Translations under genes and position numbers: made by a program
The notes under the pieces: model-generated
The model's input: only the letters and a program-made list of their open reading frames with translations
What the model was told of the DNA's origin: nothing
The model's database searches: none
In this document: positions 10,497 through 22,002 of the stretch, piece by piece
Layout: each line of letters begins with the position of its first letter
How positions within the stretch are numbered: position 1 is the first letter of the stretch
NCBI RefSeq assembly: GCF_014280175.1
Contig: NZ_CP047931.1
Location: 90,001 to 122,000 of the forward strand
Source: Synechococcus sp. A15-28
Lineage (GTDB): Bacteria; Cyanobacteriota; Cyanobacteriia; PCC-6307; Cyanobiaceae
Reading direction: 5' to 3'
Length of the DNA: 32,000 nucleotides

Positions 10497-12013
10497 CCAT
10501 CGCTCTCCCACTGACGGAAGGAAGTTTCGTAATCCGGTCTCGGTTGCACTCCTTCAGGAATCGGCTCTTTCATCTGCCTGTAGAGCCCTGCCTTGGCACA
10601 GCGGTAAAACACAGAAACTTGGTTCAGGTGCTGGCGCTTAAGTCCAGCATTTTTGAGGTGATGCAGCATGATCCGGTCGCCAATCAGGTGGCCGTAGGGC
10701 GGCATCAGCACCCACTGGTGCAGAAGATGGAAGGAGCCCCGGCCAAACAGCATCGCGTTGGTGTCAATGAACCGCTCCGGATCGGTGAGCGGGCAGGGGC
10801 CCATCACCGTGCCGTCCAGGCGGCAGAGGGTGCGGCTGGAGGAGACGAAGTCGGCCTGGTGCTGGTCCATCTCTGCTAGCAGGCTGGCGATGTGGTCTGG
10901 CCTGTACCAGTTGTCACCATCGAGGAAGGCCACGGCGTCCACCCCAAGGCCGATGGCGTGATAGCTGCCGATCAAGCGCGGTGTCGATCCGATATCACCA
11001 TGGCTGCGCGGTAGCCGCACGTGCTCGGCACGCCAATGGTTGATCCGCCTGCGGCGGTGGCCGTCGGCCACCAGCACATGCAGGCAGGGCTCGCTCTGGG
11101 CCAGCACGCTGTCGTGGCACTGGCGCAGCTGGGCCAGGGGTTCCTTGTAGTAAGGCGTGATCACGGCCACCCGGGGCAGGGGATTGCCCAGGGCCTTTAG
11201 CAGTCGCCGGTCGTCAATCAGCTCACCGCGCACCAGTTGGGCTGCGAGCGCGGCAGGTTTGGGCCGGAGGCTGTCGTAATAGGCCGGCAGGGTTCCCTGA
11301 CTGAGGTGATTCGCGTAGATCTTTCGCCAGCTGTCACCGATGCCCGCACTAACGCGTTTGTTGCGCTGTAGAGCCTCCGTTCCCTGTCGGATTTTGCGTT
11401 CGAGCTGCGCATAGCTGCGAATGGGCACATGCAGGATCTCGATGCCGGCGTTCTCTATCGCGCTGATGGGCGTTCCATCCACCCCGGCGCCGTGGTTGCC
11501 ATCGCTGATCTCAATCCCAGCATGGGCGCGATGAATCAGCTTGGGGGGCAGTGGCTTGCCGAGGCTGTTGCGTGAGACCCGTTCCCGCAGGGTCTGGCGT
11601 TGATAAAACGGCGTTTTGTCCGCGATGTTCCGCACCGGTGGCAGAAAGTTGGTGCGCTCCACCAGCACTCCCTTAATACTTTCCGGCACCTGGGTCAGGC
11701 TGGATTTCAGGCTGCCTTGCTCCGGCCACCAGAACTCATCCGCATCGCTGTTGATCACCCAGTCCGCCCCCATCGCCGCCGCCATGCGCGCCATGCGGGT
11801 CACCCACACGGCCTGGTCGTGGGTGTGCTCCGGTTCCTGCAGCAGTGTCAGCTGACCGCGGCGTTCGAACCGCTTAAGGATCTCCAGGCTGCCGTCCACC
11901 GAACCGTTGTCGGTGGCGATGATCCGGTCCACCCCCTGGGCCAGATGGAAGCGCAGCATGCTCTCAAGGATGTCGGCTTCATCCCGGCAGAGCAGTGTTA
12001 GCACCAGCATCAT
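10481..12013 (-). CDS. Glycosyltransferase family 2-like protein
   Basis: 510 aa. '[42 protein letters not shown]', '[15 protein letters not shown]' and a second glycosyltransferase-like part, '[38 protein letters not shown]...[15 protein letters not shown]'. Overlaps the neighbour by 4 bp. Confidence 0.85.
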   Translation of the reverse strand: MMLVLTLLCRDEADILESMLRFHLAQGVDRIIATDNGSVDGSLEILKRFERRGQLTLLQEPEHTHDQAVWVTRMARMAAAMGADWVINSDADEFWWPEQGSLKSSLTQVPESIKGVLVERTNFLPPVRNIADKTPFYQRQTLRERVSRNSLGKPLPPKLIHRAHAGIEISDGNHGAGVDGTPISAIENAGIEILHVPIRSYAQLERKIRQGTEALQRNKRVSAGIGDSWRKIYANHLSQGTLPAYYDSLRPKPAALAAQLVRGELIDDRRLLKALGNPLPRVAVITPYYKEPLAQLRQCHDSVLAQSEPCLHVLVADGHRRRRINHWRAEHVRLPRSHGDIGSTPRLIGSYHAIGLGVDAVAFLDGDNWYRPDHIASLLAEMDQHQADFVSSSRTLCRLDGTVMGPCPLTDPERFIDTNAMLFGRGSFHLLHQWVLMPPYGHLIGDRIMLHHLKNAGLKRQHLNQVSVFYRCAKAGLYRQMKEPIPEGVQPRPDYETSFRQWESDGQPPL

Positions 12014-12864
12014 GGTGCGGCCCTCTTTGTTCGTTTGGGCTTGAGTTGAAGCTCCGGGCGTGGGCTCATACGTCCGTAATACCAGTGCATCTCCGGTGTG
12101 AGGTTGGTCAGTGGCAGGTCATGGGAGGGGCCAATGGCGAGACAGGCGTTGATCAGTTGTTTGAGCTCCGGGTCGCTGAACGTCGCCTTCTGCTGCTTGT
12201 ACCGAAAACAGGGGAAGTCTTCCCGGTGGAGCAGATTGGCCATGGCCTGAAGATCGGGGTGGTTGCGGAGTGCTGTCAGATCCGCTGTCTCCCGGCGTCC
12301 TGCGCCCTCTCCCACGGCCTGGAGACGCTTCCGCAGGCTCTTGGGCAGAGAGAGCGTTTCCCCCAGCGCTTCGAGATCGCTGCTGAATTGCTCGCAGCGG
12401 ATCAGCTGATCCACCATCGGGCGTTTGCCGAGGTGGGTGAACCAGTGGATTGGAAAACCATGCACCCAGCGCAGGTCGTGGGCATCCATTGCAGCCGGAA
12501 GCCGCCGCAGGTAATGCAGGAGCTGTTCATTGGTGGGTGGCTGGCTGCTGACCTGCATTTCGGTTGCTCGGCTTTTTTGGCGCAGGTGTTCCCGGCAGGC
12601 GGAGGCCAGGCGGTCGTAGGGATGACGGATGCAGGCAATGACCTGGTAACGGCGCAGCCAGCGCCATAGTTTGGTGTGACGTAGGTCCATTAAGGGACGG
12701 TGGGCCAGGTCCACTTGCCGTTTCAGCACCGGGTCGTAGCTGAAGTCGAACCAGCTCTCGGTCCGCCGATCAGCGCCGTCCTCCAGAAAGGCTCTGCGCA
12801 GGGCGGTGCCGGCACACTTGGGAATGTGCAGAACAACCAGCTTCAGATCGTGGTCAACGATCAC
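12010..12864 (-). CDS. Sulfotransferase-family protein
   Basis: 284 aa. N-terminal PAPS-binding-like loop 'LVVLHIPKCAGTALRRAFLED' and 'VIACIRHPYDRLASACREH'. Four-bp overlaps with both flanking genes. Confidence 0.8.
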   Translation of the reverse strand: MIVDHDLKLVVLHIPKCAGTALRRAFLEDGADRRTESWFDFSYDPVLKRQVDLAHRPLMDLRHTKLWRWLRRYQVIACIRHPYDRLASACREHLRQKSRATEMQVSSQPPTNEQLLHYLRRLPAAMDAHDLRWVHGFPIHWFTHLGKRPMVDQLIRCEQFSSDLEALGETLSLPKSLRKRLQAVGEGAGRRETADLTALRNHPDLQAMANLLHREDFPCFRYKQQKATFSDPELKQLINACLAIGPSHDLPLTNLTPEMHWYYGRMSPRPELQLKPKRTKRAAP

Positions 12865-13607
12865 CCGCTGTTCTCCCCCAGGAACTCGAGAATCTCCCGG
12901 TCCTTGAGGCTCTGGGCTTCACCGCGGCAGACATCCCGCAGCTGCCGCCCCTCGGCAACCTCCTTGAGGCAGCGCTGCAGATTGCTCACCGTGCTTTCCA
13001 GTTCATCGATCCGCTCCATCAGGTTGCGGATCACATTGGCTTCCGCATCCGGTAGGGCGGAGTGGGCCAGGGGGTTGATTCGTACGCCGCTTTGGTGAAT
13101 CACCCGGCCGGGGATGCCCACAACGGTGCAGTCCGCCTCCACGTCGCGCACCACCACCGAACCAGCGCCGATGCGGGTGTTGGCACCCACGTTGATCGCC
13201 CCCAGCACCTTGGCGCCGGCACCGACCACCACGTTTTCGGCCAGGGTGGGATGGCGTTTGCCGTGGTCCTTGCCGGTGCCGCCGAGGGTGACGCCCTGAT
13301 ACAGCAGGCAGTGATGCCCCACTTCAGCGGTTTCGCCGATCACCACCCCCATGCCATGGTCGATGAATACGCTGTGGCCAATCCTGGCGCCAGGGTGGAT
13401 TTCAATGCCGGTGAGCGCCCTGCCGATCTGGCTGAGGCAGCGCGCCGCGAGTTTCATCGGTAGGTGGCAAGTCCAGAGCCGGTGGCTGAGCCGATGCAGG
13501 CTGATGGCCTGAAATCCGGGGTAGCAGAACAGAATCTCCAACCAACCACGGGCCGCCGGGTCGCGCTCGCGGATGATGGCGAGATCGGCTCGGATCTGAT
13601 CGAACAT
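12861..13607 (-). CDS. cysE: Serine O-acetyltransferase
   Basis: 248 aa. Left-handed beta-helix hexapeptide repeats 'GIEIHPGARIGHSVFIDHGMGVVIGETAEVGHHCLLYQGVTLGGTGKDHGKRHPTLAENVVVGAGAKVLG'. Confidence 0.97.
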   Translation of the reverse strand: MFDQIRADLAIIRERDPAARGWLEILFCYPGFQAISLHRLSHRLWTCHLPMKLAARCLSQIGRALTGIEIHPGARIGHSVFIDHGMGVVIGETAEVGHHCLLYQGVTLGGTGKDHGKRHPTLAENVVVGAGAKVLGAINVGANTRIGAGSVVVRDVEADCTVVGIPGRVIHQSGVRINPLAHSALPDAEANVIRNLMERIDELESTVSNLQRCLKEVAEGRQLRDVCRGEAQSLKDREILEFLGENSG

Positions 13608-13617
13608 CGGGGTTGAT

Positions 13618-14619
13618 TCAGCTGGCGGCCGCTGGGGTCTGCAGGCCGATCTCCTTGCGGAGCAGATCGATCGTATCGGTGCTGAGGTAACTCTCGGCGC
13701 AGTGCACCTGCGGCATGCGCATCAGCTGGGAGCGATTTTGCCGCAGGCTTTGCTCCACCAACGGCAAGCTGGGGCGGTCGCAGAGCACATGGCTGGAGGC
13801 CCTCAAGAGAGCCAGCAAGCGGCTGCCCACGTCCGGCGTAGCGGTCATCAGCAGCAGTTCGTTGCCGCGCATGGAGTGGAGGATCACCTCCGCCGCCCGC
13901 AGGATGCCGGGGCTGATGCTCACCAGGCCCACGCAACTGCCCTGTCGCAGCTCCTTCAGCATCGCCAGCTCGTGGCGGAAGTCGTTGAGGTCCACCGCCA
14001 CGGCCCGAACGCCGTGTTTCTTCGCCAGCTCCTCTACAGGCTGGAGGAAGTAACGGCTTGTCACCACGGTGCCGTTGCTGGAACTCTCCAGGACGTTTTC
14101 CAGCTCCTCCATCGGCACCACCTCCACCGGCACATCGAGGCAGGGTTCAAGTTCCTCGGAGATCAGCATCGAGGCGCCGATGTCCTCACGGGGGGTGCTC
14201 ACCAGCACCCTGGCGCCGCAACGCAGCCGCCAGTCGATCTCACGGGTCAGCAGTTCACGGGTCTGCTGCAGGGTGCAGCCGGCATTGAGCAGGCCGTCCA
14301 CGCACTTGCGCACCTCCCGGTCGAGATCGGTGACGCCCCTGTTGCGGATATGGGGTGGTGTCTTGATTTCCCTTGGCTTCTGCTGATCGCGCACGTAAAT
14401 GCCGGAGCCGGCCATGGCTTCCACCACGCCGTCGGTCTCGAGCTGCCGGTACACCTTGCTGATCGTGTTGCGGTGCAGACCGGTCTGCATCGCCAGCTGC
14501 CGGGTGCTCGGCAAGCGGTGGCCGGGGGGGTAGTGCCGTGCCGCAATCGCGAAGCAGATCTGGTTGTACAGCTGGGTCGACGCCGGGATGTCGCTTTCCT
14601 GCTGGATGTGGAATCGCAC
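13618..14619 (-). CDS. GntR-family transcriptional regulator
   Basis: ORF 13618..14745. The conserved part starts at a GTG at 14619: VRFHIQQESDIPASTQLYNQICFAIAARHYPPGHRLPSTRQLAMQTGLHRNTISKVYRQLETDGVVEAMAGSGIYV (GntR wHTH). Start chosen by inference; the long ORF start at 14745 is possible. Confidence 0.88.
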   Translation of the reverse strand: MRFHIQQESDIPASTQLYNQICFAIAARHYPPGHRLPSTRQLAMQTGLHRNTISKVYRQLETDGVVEAMAGSGIYVRDQQKPREIKTPPHIRNRGVTDLDREVRKCVDGLLNAGCTLQQTRELLTREIDWRLRCGARVLVSTPREDIGASMLISEELEPCLDVPVEVVPMEELENVLESSSNGTVVTSRYFLQPVEELAKKHGVRAVAVDLNDFRHELAMLKELRQGSCVGLVSISPGILRAAEVILHSMRGNELLLMTATPDVGSRLLALLRASSHVLCDRPSLPLVEQSLRQNRSQLMRMPQVHCAESYLSTDTIDLLRKEIGLQTPAAAS

Positions 14620-14835
14620 GCCGGTGGGCCAGGTGGGAATGCGGCCACCATAAGGAGCGATTCCCGTGGTGACAATTGGGGGTGTGTCCTGTGGACCTGT
14701 GACAATTTCCGACTCAACCCGTGCTGGCTGGGTGTCCGTGGCCAACGGGCCGCTGGCCTTGCGCTGCTGGTGGTCCGCACCATCGGAAACTCAGCACGAT
14801 ATCAATAAGTTATCTGTTTCAAATCGTGCATATAT

Positions 14836-15079
14836 CGTGCTGCCTGAGGTCACTGGGAGCTTGACCTGCCTCTGCGGCACGACCGATCCTTGGATCCCAG
14901 AGCCAGACCGCGCTTCGATTCAGCGGGCCTTGGCGGCCCAGGATCCCAGTGGTGAGAAGTTTCGCTATGAGGAGCTGGCCGGAGCTGACCATGGCTCCAT
15001 GTGTGAGGCCCGCAGCAACTTTCAGGCTGCAGCAACGGCCCGGGGCTGGCAGCTGCTGTTGGCCGCGCTCAAGGCTTGA
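14836..15079 (+). pseudogene. 3' remnant of a dienelactone hydrolase-family gene
   Basis: Within ORF 14666..15079, only the end reads like a DLH/alpha-beta hydrolase C-terminus: 'LTCLCGTTDPWIPEPDRASIQRALAAQDPSGEKFRYEELAGADHGSMCEARSNFQAAATARGWQLLLAALKA'. The nucleophile-elbow region expected upstream is absent and replaced by low-complexity-looking translation overlapping the GntR 5' end. Confidence 0.6.
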
Positions 15080-16664
15080 TCAGCCCCTGCTTTAGCCACC
15101 AGCCGCGCCGGCGGGCATCGATGCGCCGCAGCAAATCCTTATCCCAGGACTGGAAGCGGTTGCTGAGCCGCTGCTGTTCCAGCCCGGACGCCGGTGGGCT
15201 GGGGCTCCAGCTGGCGGGCAGCACTTCGCTGGCGAAACAGCCGAAACCCGTGCTGGTGTCGGGCATCCAGGGTGGCAGTTGTGGTGGGGTTGGCAGGCCC
15301 GCTGCAATCGCCTGCTGGCGCCGTGCCGTCAGATCCGCCACGAGGGCGCGCCACTGTTCAATCACGCTGCGCCAGTTGTAGTGCGTTTCCACCCGCCGTC
15401 GCCCTGCGGCCCCCATGGCGGCGCGCAGGTCCGGTGCTTGCAGCAGGGTGGAGAGGTGCTGTTTGAACTGCTCCAGGTCAACGGCAATGCCCTGGGCCAC
15501 ACGGCCAATCGCCTGGCTGTAGTCCGCTGTTTCGTGGAGCATCTGCTGGGCTTCCGCGGCCCCTAGCCCAGCCACCAGCCGGGTGGTCACCCGCAGGCCG
15601 GTGGCCGCGCCCGCTTCCCCGGGTTGCACCACGCTCTCCCGGTAGCCGTCCCAGTCACTCACCAGGCAGGGCAGTTCCGCAGCCATGGCCTCCAGCGGTG
15701 TGATGCCGAAGGTTTCCTGGGGGTTGTCCGACAAGCTGACGAAGACGTCGGCGGCCCAGCGCACCGGTCTGGCCAGCTCCATGGCCCGGCCCGGCACCCA
15801 GTGCACCGTCAAGGATGGGGCAAGTTGTCGGGTGGCCTTTTTCCACAGCTCCAGCATCTCGGCGCTGGGGGCTTCGCCGTACACCAGCAGCTCTAGATCT
15901 GGGTGCTGCGTCTGCTGCAGCTCTGCCAGGCTATGGATCAAGGGTGCAGGCTGGAATTTGGTCAGCAGGTCCAGGCGGCCTGCCAGCAGCACCACCTGGG
16001 CCTCCGGGCGAATACCGAGGCGGGCACGGGCCTCGCGGCAGGCGTCTGCCTTGCTCACCGGCGGCGCCCAGCCTTCGGGGTGGATCCCCAGCGGGATCAC
16101 CGGAAGTTGAGGCCGCTCGAAGCGGCAGGCCTCGTTGCGGCGGCGCAGCCAGTCCTCTTGGCGATTCAGGAACCCCTCCACTACCTGGCGGGCGGCTTGG
16201 GAGGTGCAGATCAAGGCATCCCAGGGCCGCACCGGTGCGCTGCTGTACTGCCCCAGCGCGTTCTGAACGCTGTAGCTGCACAGGGTGTGGACGATGCCGA
16301 TGATCGAGTAAGCCCCATCCCCCCAGGGCATCCGTTTCCAGGCCCAGTGGTTGATGCCCGGATCTGGCACATGGATGGCCCCGGTGCTGCTGGCGGCGTC
16401 ACCCCACCGATTCAGGCCAACCGCTTCTGTGCGGGCGTCAGCCTGGACGGCTCGGGCTGCCCCATGGAACCACTCTCCATCCGCCTGATGGGGAACCACA
16501 AGGCTGTGGGTGCTGTTGCCGGAGTAGTGGAGGTAAGCCTCGAGGAACGACGCTCCGGCCGACTGGCGTCCCAGGGGTTGGTTGGGATCCACCTGGAAGC
16601 CGTTGCGAACCATCACCAGTGTCAGCGGCAGGGGGGATGGCGATCGCGTCGCGTCAGCGTTCAT
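15069..16664 (-). CDS. Glycosyltransferase (GT4-like, long form)
   Basis: 531 aa. 'RQSAGASFLEAYLHYSG', 'VVLLAGRLDLLTKFQPAPLIHSLAEL', 'DVFVSLSDNPQETFGITPLEAMAAELPCLVSDWDGYRESV' and 'HYNWRSVIEQW'. Confidence 0.9.
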   Translation of the reverse strand: MNADATRSPSPLPLTLVMVRNGFQVDPNQPLGRQSAGASFLEAYLHYSGNSTHSLVVPHQADGEWFHGAARAVQADARTEAVGLNRWGDAASSTGAIHVPDPGINHWAWKRMPWGDGAYSIIGIVHTLCSYSVQNALGQYSSAPVRPWDALICTSQAARQVVEGFLNRQEDWLRRRNEACRFERPQLPVIPLGIHPEGWAPPVSKADACREARARLGIRPEAQVVLLAGRLDLLTKFQPAPLIHSLAELQQTQHPDLELLVYGEAPSAEMLELWKKATRQLAPSLTVHWVPGRAMELARPVRWAADVFVSLSDNPQETFGITPLEAMAAELPCLVSDWDGYRESVVQPGEAGAATGLRVTTRLVAGLGAAEAQQMLHETADYSQAIGRVAQGIAVDLEQFKQHLSTLLQAPDLRAAMGAAGRRRVETHYNWRSVIEQWRALVADLTARRQQAIAAGLPTPPQLPPWMPDTSTGFGCFASEVLPASWSPSPPASGLEQQRLSNRFQSWDKDLLRRIDARRRGWWLKQGLIKP

Positions 16665-16702
16665 CGCAGCGCACAGGCCTCAAGGCCTGGGATCCTCCCG
16701 CA

Positions 16703-17356
16703 TTAGGCCTGCGGCGCGGCCACCTTGGCGGCCGTGGACCGTGGTGGTGCCGGGATGGTGCGCACCGCCTTGGTCGGAGCGGCCTCCTTCTCCTCCTTCT
16801 TCACCAGGGGCGTCTTGCGCGGCGTGAGGAACATGATCATGTTGCGGCCCTCCCGTTTCGGAGCCTGCTGGATCTCAGCCTTTTCCTCCAGGTCCTTGGC
16901 CATGCGCCGCAGCAGGGTTTCTGCCAGGGCGGTGTGCTGAATCTCCCGGCCGCGGAAGATCACGGTGCACTTCACCTTGTCGCCGGCCTTGAGAAAGCGC
17001 ACTGCCTGACCGATCCGCACGTCGTAATCGTGCTGATCGATCTTGTAGCGCATCTTGACCTCCTTGACTTCGGTTTGATGGGACTTCTTCTTGGCTTCCT
17101 TGGCTTTCTTTTCCTGCTCGAATTTGAACTTGCCGTAATCCATGATTCGACACACCGGTGGATCGGCCTTCTCGCTCACCAGCACCAGATCCAGTTCACG
17201 ATCTTTGGCCACCTCCAGGGCTTCTTCCCTGCTGATCACCCCGAGTTGGCTGCCGTCTGAGTCGACCACCCGCAATTGGGGGTAGCTGATCCGGTCGTTG
17301 ATGTTGGGCAGCTCCCGAACAGGAGCACGACGGTCAAAACGGGGGCGTGGGGGCAT
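16703..17356 (-). CDS. infC: Translation initiation factor IF-3
   Basis: 217 aa. '[67 protein letters not shown]...[40 protein letters not shown]'. Confidence 0.98.
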   Translation of the reverse strand: MPPRPRFDRRAPVRELPNINDRISYPQLRVVDSDGSQLGVISREEALEVAKDRELDLVLVSEKADPPVCRIMDYGKFKFEQEKKAKEAKKKSHQTEVKEVKMRYKIDQHDYDVRIGQAVRFLKAGDKVKCTVIFRGREIQHTALAETLLRRMAKDLEEKAEIQQAPKREGRNMIMFLTPRKTPLVKKEEKEAAPTKAVRTIPAPPRSTAAKVAAPQA

Positions 17357-17412
17357 TCAGGCGGAGACAGGTACAGGTGCAGACAACACGAAGATCACAA
17401 CGTCTGCATTCT

Positions 17413-18315
17413 TCACCTTAGATGCTGCTTGATCAGCGTCATCGCCTGATCAAGTTCTGTTGTGGTCTCCAGCCAGTGGGGTTGGTGCTGGCGGCGGAAC
17501 CACGTGCGCTGTCGCTTGGCGAACTGACGGGTGCGCTGGGTGGTGATCCGGTTCGCCTTCACAGGGCTCATCGTCCCCTGGATCAGCTGCAGGGCTTCGC
17601 TGTAACCGATGGTCTGCAGCAGCGGCAGATCAGCGCCGTAGCGCTCCGCCAGCTGCCGGGTCTCCTCCACCAGCCCATCGGCATAAAGCTGGTCGGTGCG
17701 CTGTTGGATGCGCTGGCGCAGGTTGGCCGGATCCAGCCCCAGTTCAAGCACCCGCCACGGCGGTGGGGCGACCGTGGCCTGGCTGCTCATGGGCCGACCG
17801 GTGGCGTACAGCACCTCCAGGGCCCGTTGGGTGCGAACGGCATCAGCGGGGGCGATCCTGGCGCCGGCTGTCGGATCGGCTTGCTGCAGCAGTGGGTGGC
17901 AGATCGCTTGACCGAGATGGCTCAGTTGCTCCCGCAGCTGCGCCTGCGGTGGCACCGCCGGTGGTTTGAGGCCGCTGGTGAGTGCCTTCAGATACAACCC
18001 GCTGCCTCCCACCAGCAGGGCCACGCCGCGCTGCTCCAGCTCATGGGCGATGCAGGGTTCGGCCTCCGCCTGAAATTCCTGCAGCGTGATCGGTTGATCG
18101 GGGTTGCGCAGATCCAGGAGGTGATGCGGGACCCTGGCTTGCTGCTGCGCCGTCGGTTTGGCGGTGCCCACGGTCATCTCCCGGTACAGCTGCCGGGAGT
18201 CCACGTTGATCACCGGCAGGTTCAGCCGTTCGGCAATCTCCAGGGAGAGGGCTGTTTTGCCGCTGGCGGTGGGTCCCAGCAACGTGATTACCAAGGGGTC
18301 CGGCTGCGTCAACAA
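17413..18315 (-). CDS. miaA: tRNA dimethylallyltransferase
   Basis: 300 aa. '[59 protein letters not shown]'. The track start at 18315 is a TTG. Confidence 0.95.
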   Translation of the reverse strand: MLTQPDPLVITLLGPTASGKTALSLEIAERLNLPVINVDSRQLYREMTVGTAKPTAQQQARVPHHLLDLRNPDQPITLQEFQAEAEPCIAHELEQRGVALLVGGSGLYLKALTSGLKPPAVPPQAQLREQLSHLGQAICHPLLQQADPTAGARIAPADAVRTQRALEVLYATGRPMSSQATVAPPPWRVLELGLDPANLRQRIQQRTDQLYADGLVEETRQLAERYGADLPLLQTIGYSEALQLIQGTMSPVKANRITTQRTRQFAKRQRTWFRRQHQPHWLETTTELDQAMTLIKQHLR

Positions 18316-18349
18316 TCGAGCGGGGGTGCACCCCAGGATGGAACGGCGC

Positions 18350-18377
18350 TTGAGAGGCCTCTGGATGCCTCTATAGA
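18350..18377 (+). promoter_or_regulatory. Candidate sigma-70-type promoter for gyrB
   Basis: TTGAGA (18350..18355), 16-nt spacer, TATAGA (18372..18377), about 90 bp upstream of the gyrB start. Confidence 0.4.
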
Positions 18378-18390
18378 CAGCCGGTGGTAG

Positions 18391-20432
<2,042 letters not shown>

Positions 20433-20433
<1 letters not shown>

Positions 20434-20738
20434 TGGGTGCTGTTTTGCGCTGGAGCTGGCTGCTTGGGGTGGCGTTGATGGCTCCTGCGGCTCTGCCGGC
20501 CGGTGGTGGCGATAACCGTCAGCCCCAGCTGCGCCGACGCAGCGGCAGTGGTCCGTTGCATCTCAATGCCGAGTCGCCGTTGCAGGTGAGTCCCCTGGCG
20601 GTGGCGCCACGACTGCACACCTTGCCGGTGGGCACCTCGTTGCGTCTGCTGCGGCGTTGGTCCGGCTCCGAAGGCCGCGACTGGCTGCAGGTGCAGACCC
20701 TGGCTGGTGAGCAGCGCCGTGGCTGGATCCGCGCCTGA
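20433..20738 (+). CDS. Small secreted hypothetical protein, possible SH3-like domain
   Basis: 101 aa. Hydrophobic leader [25 protein letters not shown], then '[60 protein letters not shown]' (bacterial SH3-like ending). ATG overlaps the gyrB stop (TGATG). Confidence 0.6.
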
Positions 20739-21099
20739 AGTGTTGCTGGTGGGTCTGGGGGCGATCCCCGGAGCCTGGCTGCGCCTGAAGGCCGTGAACC
20801 ACTTTGAGCCGATGGTGCCCAAGAAGCACTGGGGCACCTTTCTGGTGAATGTGATCGCTTCGTTTGCCCTCGGACTCGTCCTGGCACTTCAGGAGAGTTG
20901 TACGGCCAGCCGTGGTGTCGCCCTATTGATAGGGGTGGGTTTCTTCGGCAGCCTCAGCACCTTTTCCACCTTTGCGGTCGAGTTGCTGAACGAGTTGCGG
21001 GCTGGTCACGTCCTGGCTGCTGCCGTTCTGGCCCTGATCTCCATCCTGGCTGGGGTGCTGGCCGCTGCAGCTGGCTTCGGCCTGGGGGCCTATGGCTGA
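20707..21099 (+). CDS. crcB: CrcB/Fluc fluoride channel, copy 1
   Basis: About 130 aa. '[21 protein letters not shown]...[20 protein letters not shown]...[23 protein letters not shown]'. The track start is a GTG overlapping the previous ORF. Confidence 0.9.
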   Translation: MSSAVAGSAPEVLLVGLGAIPGAWLRLKAVNHFEPMVPKKHWGTFLVNVIASFALGLVLALQESCTASRGVALLIGVGFFGSLSTFSTFAVELLNELRAGHVLAAAVLALISILAGVLAAAAGFGLGAYG

Positions 21100-21517
21100 A
21101 CAGTCCTCCACGCTTCGCAGCGAACTCAATGAACTGCTGCTGGTGGCTGTCGGGGCTGTGCCCGGAGCCTTGCTGCGCTGGCAGGTGGCCCTGCATCTGG
21201 GGGATCAGAACCTGCTGGTGAACGTTCTGGGGGCTGCCTTGCTGGGATTACTGGCCGGCCTTCCCGCCGCGCCAAGGCGTCAGTTGCTGCTGGGCATCGG
21301 TTTCTGCGGCTCCCTCACCACCTTCAGCAGTTGGACCTTGGCGGTGGCTAAAGACTTTATGGCAGGGAACTGGGGTGAGGCGGTCGCTCTGCTCGGCCTC
21401 ACCCTGGGTCTTGGACTCGGGGGAGCTGCCCTGGGGTTCTGCCTGGGGCGTCGCTTCAGGCCGCCAGGGCCGCTTCGATCGGCGACTTCAGTTCCTCAGG
21501 GTCCACACCGCTCTTGA
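21092..21517 (+). CDS. crcB: CrcB/Fluc fluoride channel, copy 2
   Basis: 141 aa. '[20 protein letters not shown]...[18 protein letters not shown]...[24 protein letters not shown]'. Eight-bp overlap with copy 1. Confidence 0.9.
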   Translation: MAEQSSTLRSELNELLLVAVGAVPGALLRWQVALHLGDQNLLVNVLGAALLGLLAGLPAAPRRQLLLGIGFCGSLTTFSSWTLAVAKDFMAGNWGEAVALLGLTLGLGLGGAALGFCLGRRFRPPGPLRSATSVPQGPHRS

Positions 21518-21929
21518 AGCGGGCGATCACGGTGCCGTCCTTGCCCACGAGGAACTTCTCGAAGTTCCAGGCCACATCACCGGCGGGCTCCATCTGGTTG
21601 AGAGTCGTGTAGGGCTCGGAGGTGCTGCCCATGGCGTGCACCTTCTCGAACAGCTCAAAGTCGGCGCCGTAGGTGGTGGAGCAGAAGCTCTTGATCTCGT
21701 CGAGGGTGCCGGGCTCCTGACCACCGAAGTCGTTGCAGGGGAAACCCAGCACCGCCAGGCCCTTGTCGGCGTAGGCCGCGTTGAGGGCCTGCAGGCCGGC
21801 GTACTGCTTGGTGAAGCCGCAGCGGCTGGCCACATTCACGATCAGGAGCACCTTGCCGGCGTAGTCACCCAGGGATTTGCTGCTGCCGTCGGGGGTGTTG
21901 ACGGTCACGGTGCTGACGCTGATCGCCAT
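21456..21929 (-). CDS. Glutathione peroxidase-family protein (Cys type)
   Basis: 157 aa. 'VLLIVNVASRCGFTKQYAGLQALNAAYADKGLAVLGFPCNDFGGQEPG' and '[19 protein letters not shown]'. Confidence 0.95.
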   Translation of the reverse strand: MAISVSTVTVNTPDGSSKSLGDYAGKVLLIVNVASRCGFTKQYAGLQALNAAYADKGLAVLGFPCNDFGGQEPGTLDEIKSFCSTTYGADFELFEKVHAMGSTSEPYTTLNQMEPAGDVAWNFEKFLVGKDGTVIARFKSGVDPEELKSPIEAALAA

Positions 21930-22002
21930 GGCTGAACAAGGGAAGTTGCCGCGAGGTTAACCGGCTGTAACGGCCATACACTTGGTCGCCGGCTGGTGAG
22001 CG

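Noticed and set aside
11995-12669. 224-aa plus-strand ORF opposite the sulfotransferase-family gene
   Set aside because: The minus-strand frame has the HIPKCAGT motif and coupled operon overlaps; this frame is a shadow.
13702-14808. 368-aa plus-strand ORF opposite the GntR regulator
   Set aside because: His/Gln-rich translation without recognisable domains. The opposite strand encodes a coherent GntR protein.
15903-16706. 267-aa plus-strand ORF opposite the GT4 gene
   Set aside because: The opposite frame carries all glycosyltransferase motifs; this one looks like translated antisense.
17422-18390. 322-aa plus-strand ORF opposite miaA
   Set aside because: Antisense to a clear MiaA with P-loop; no independent coding evidence.
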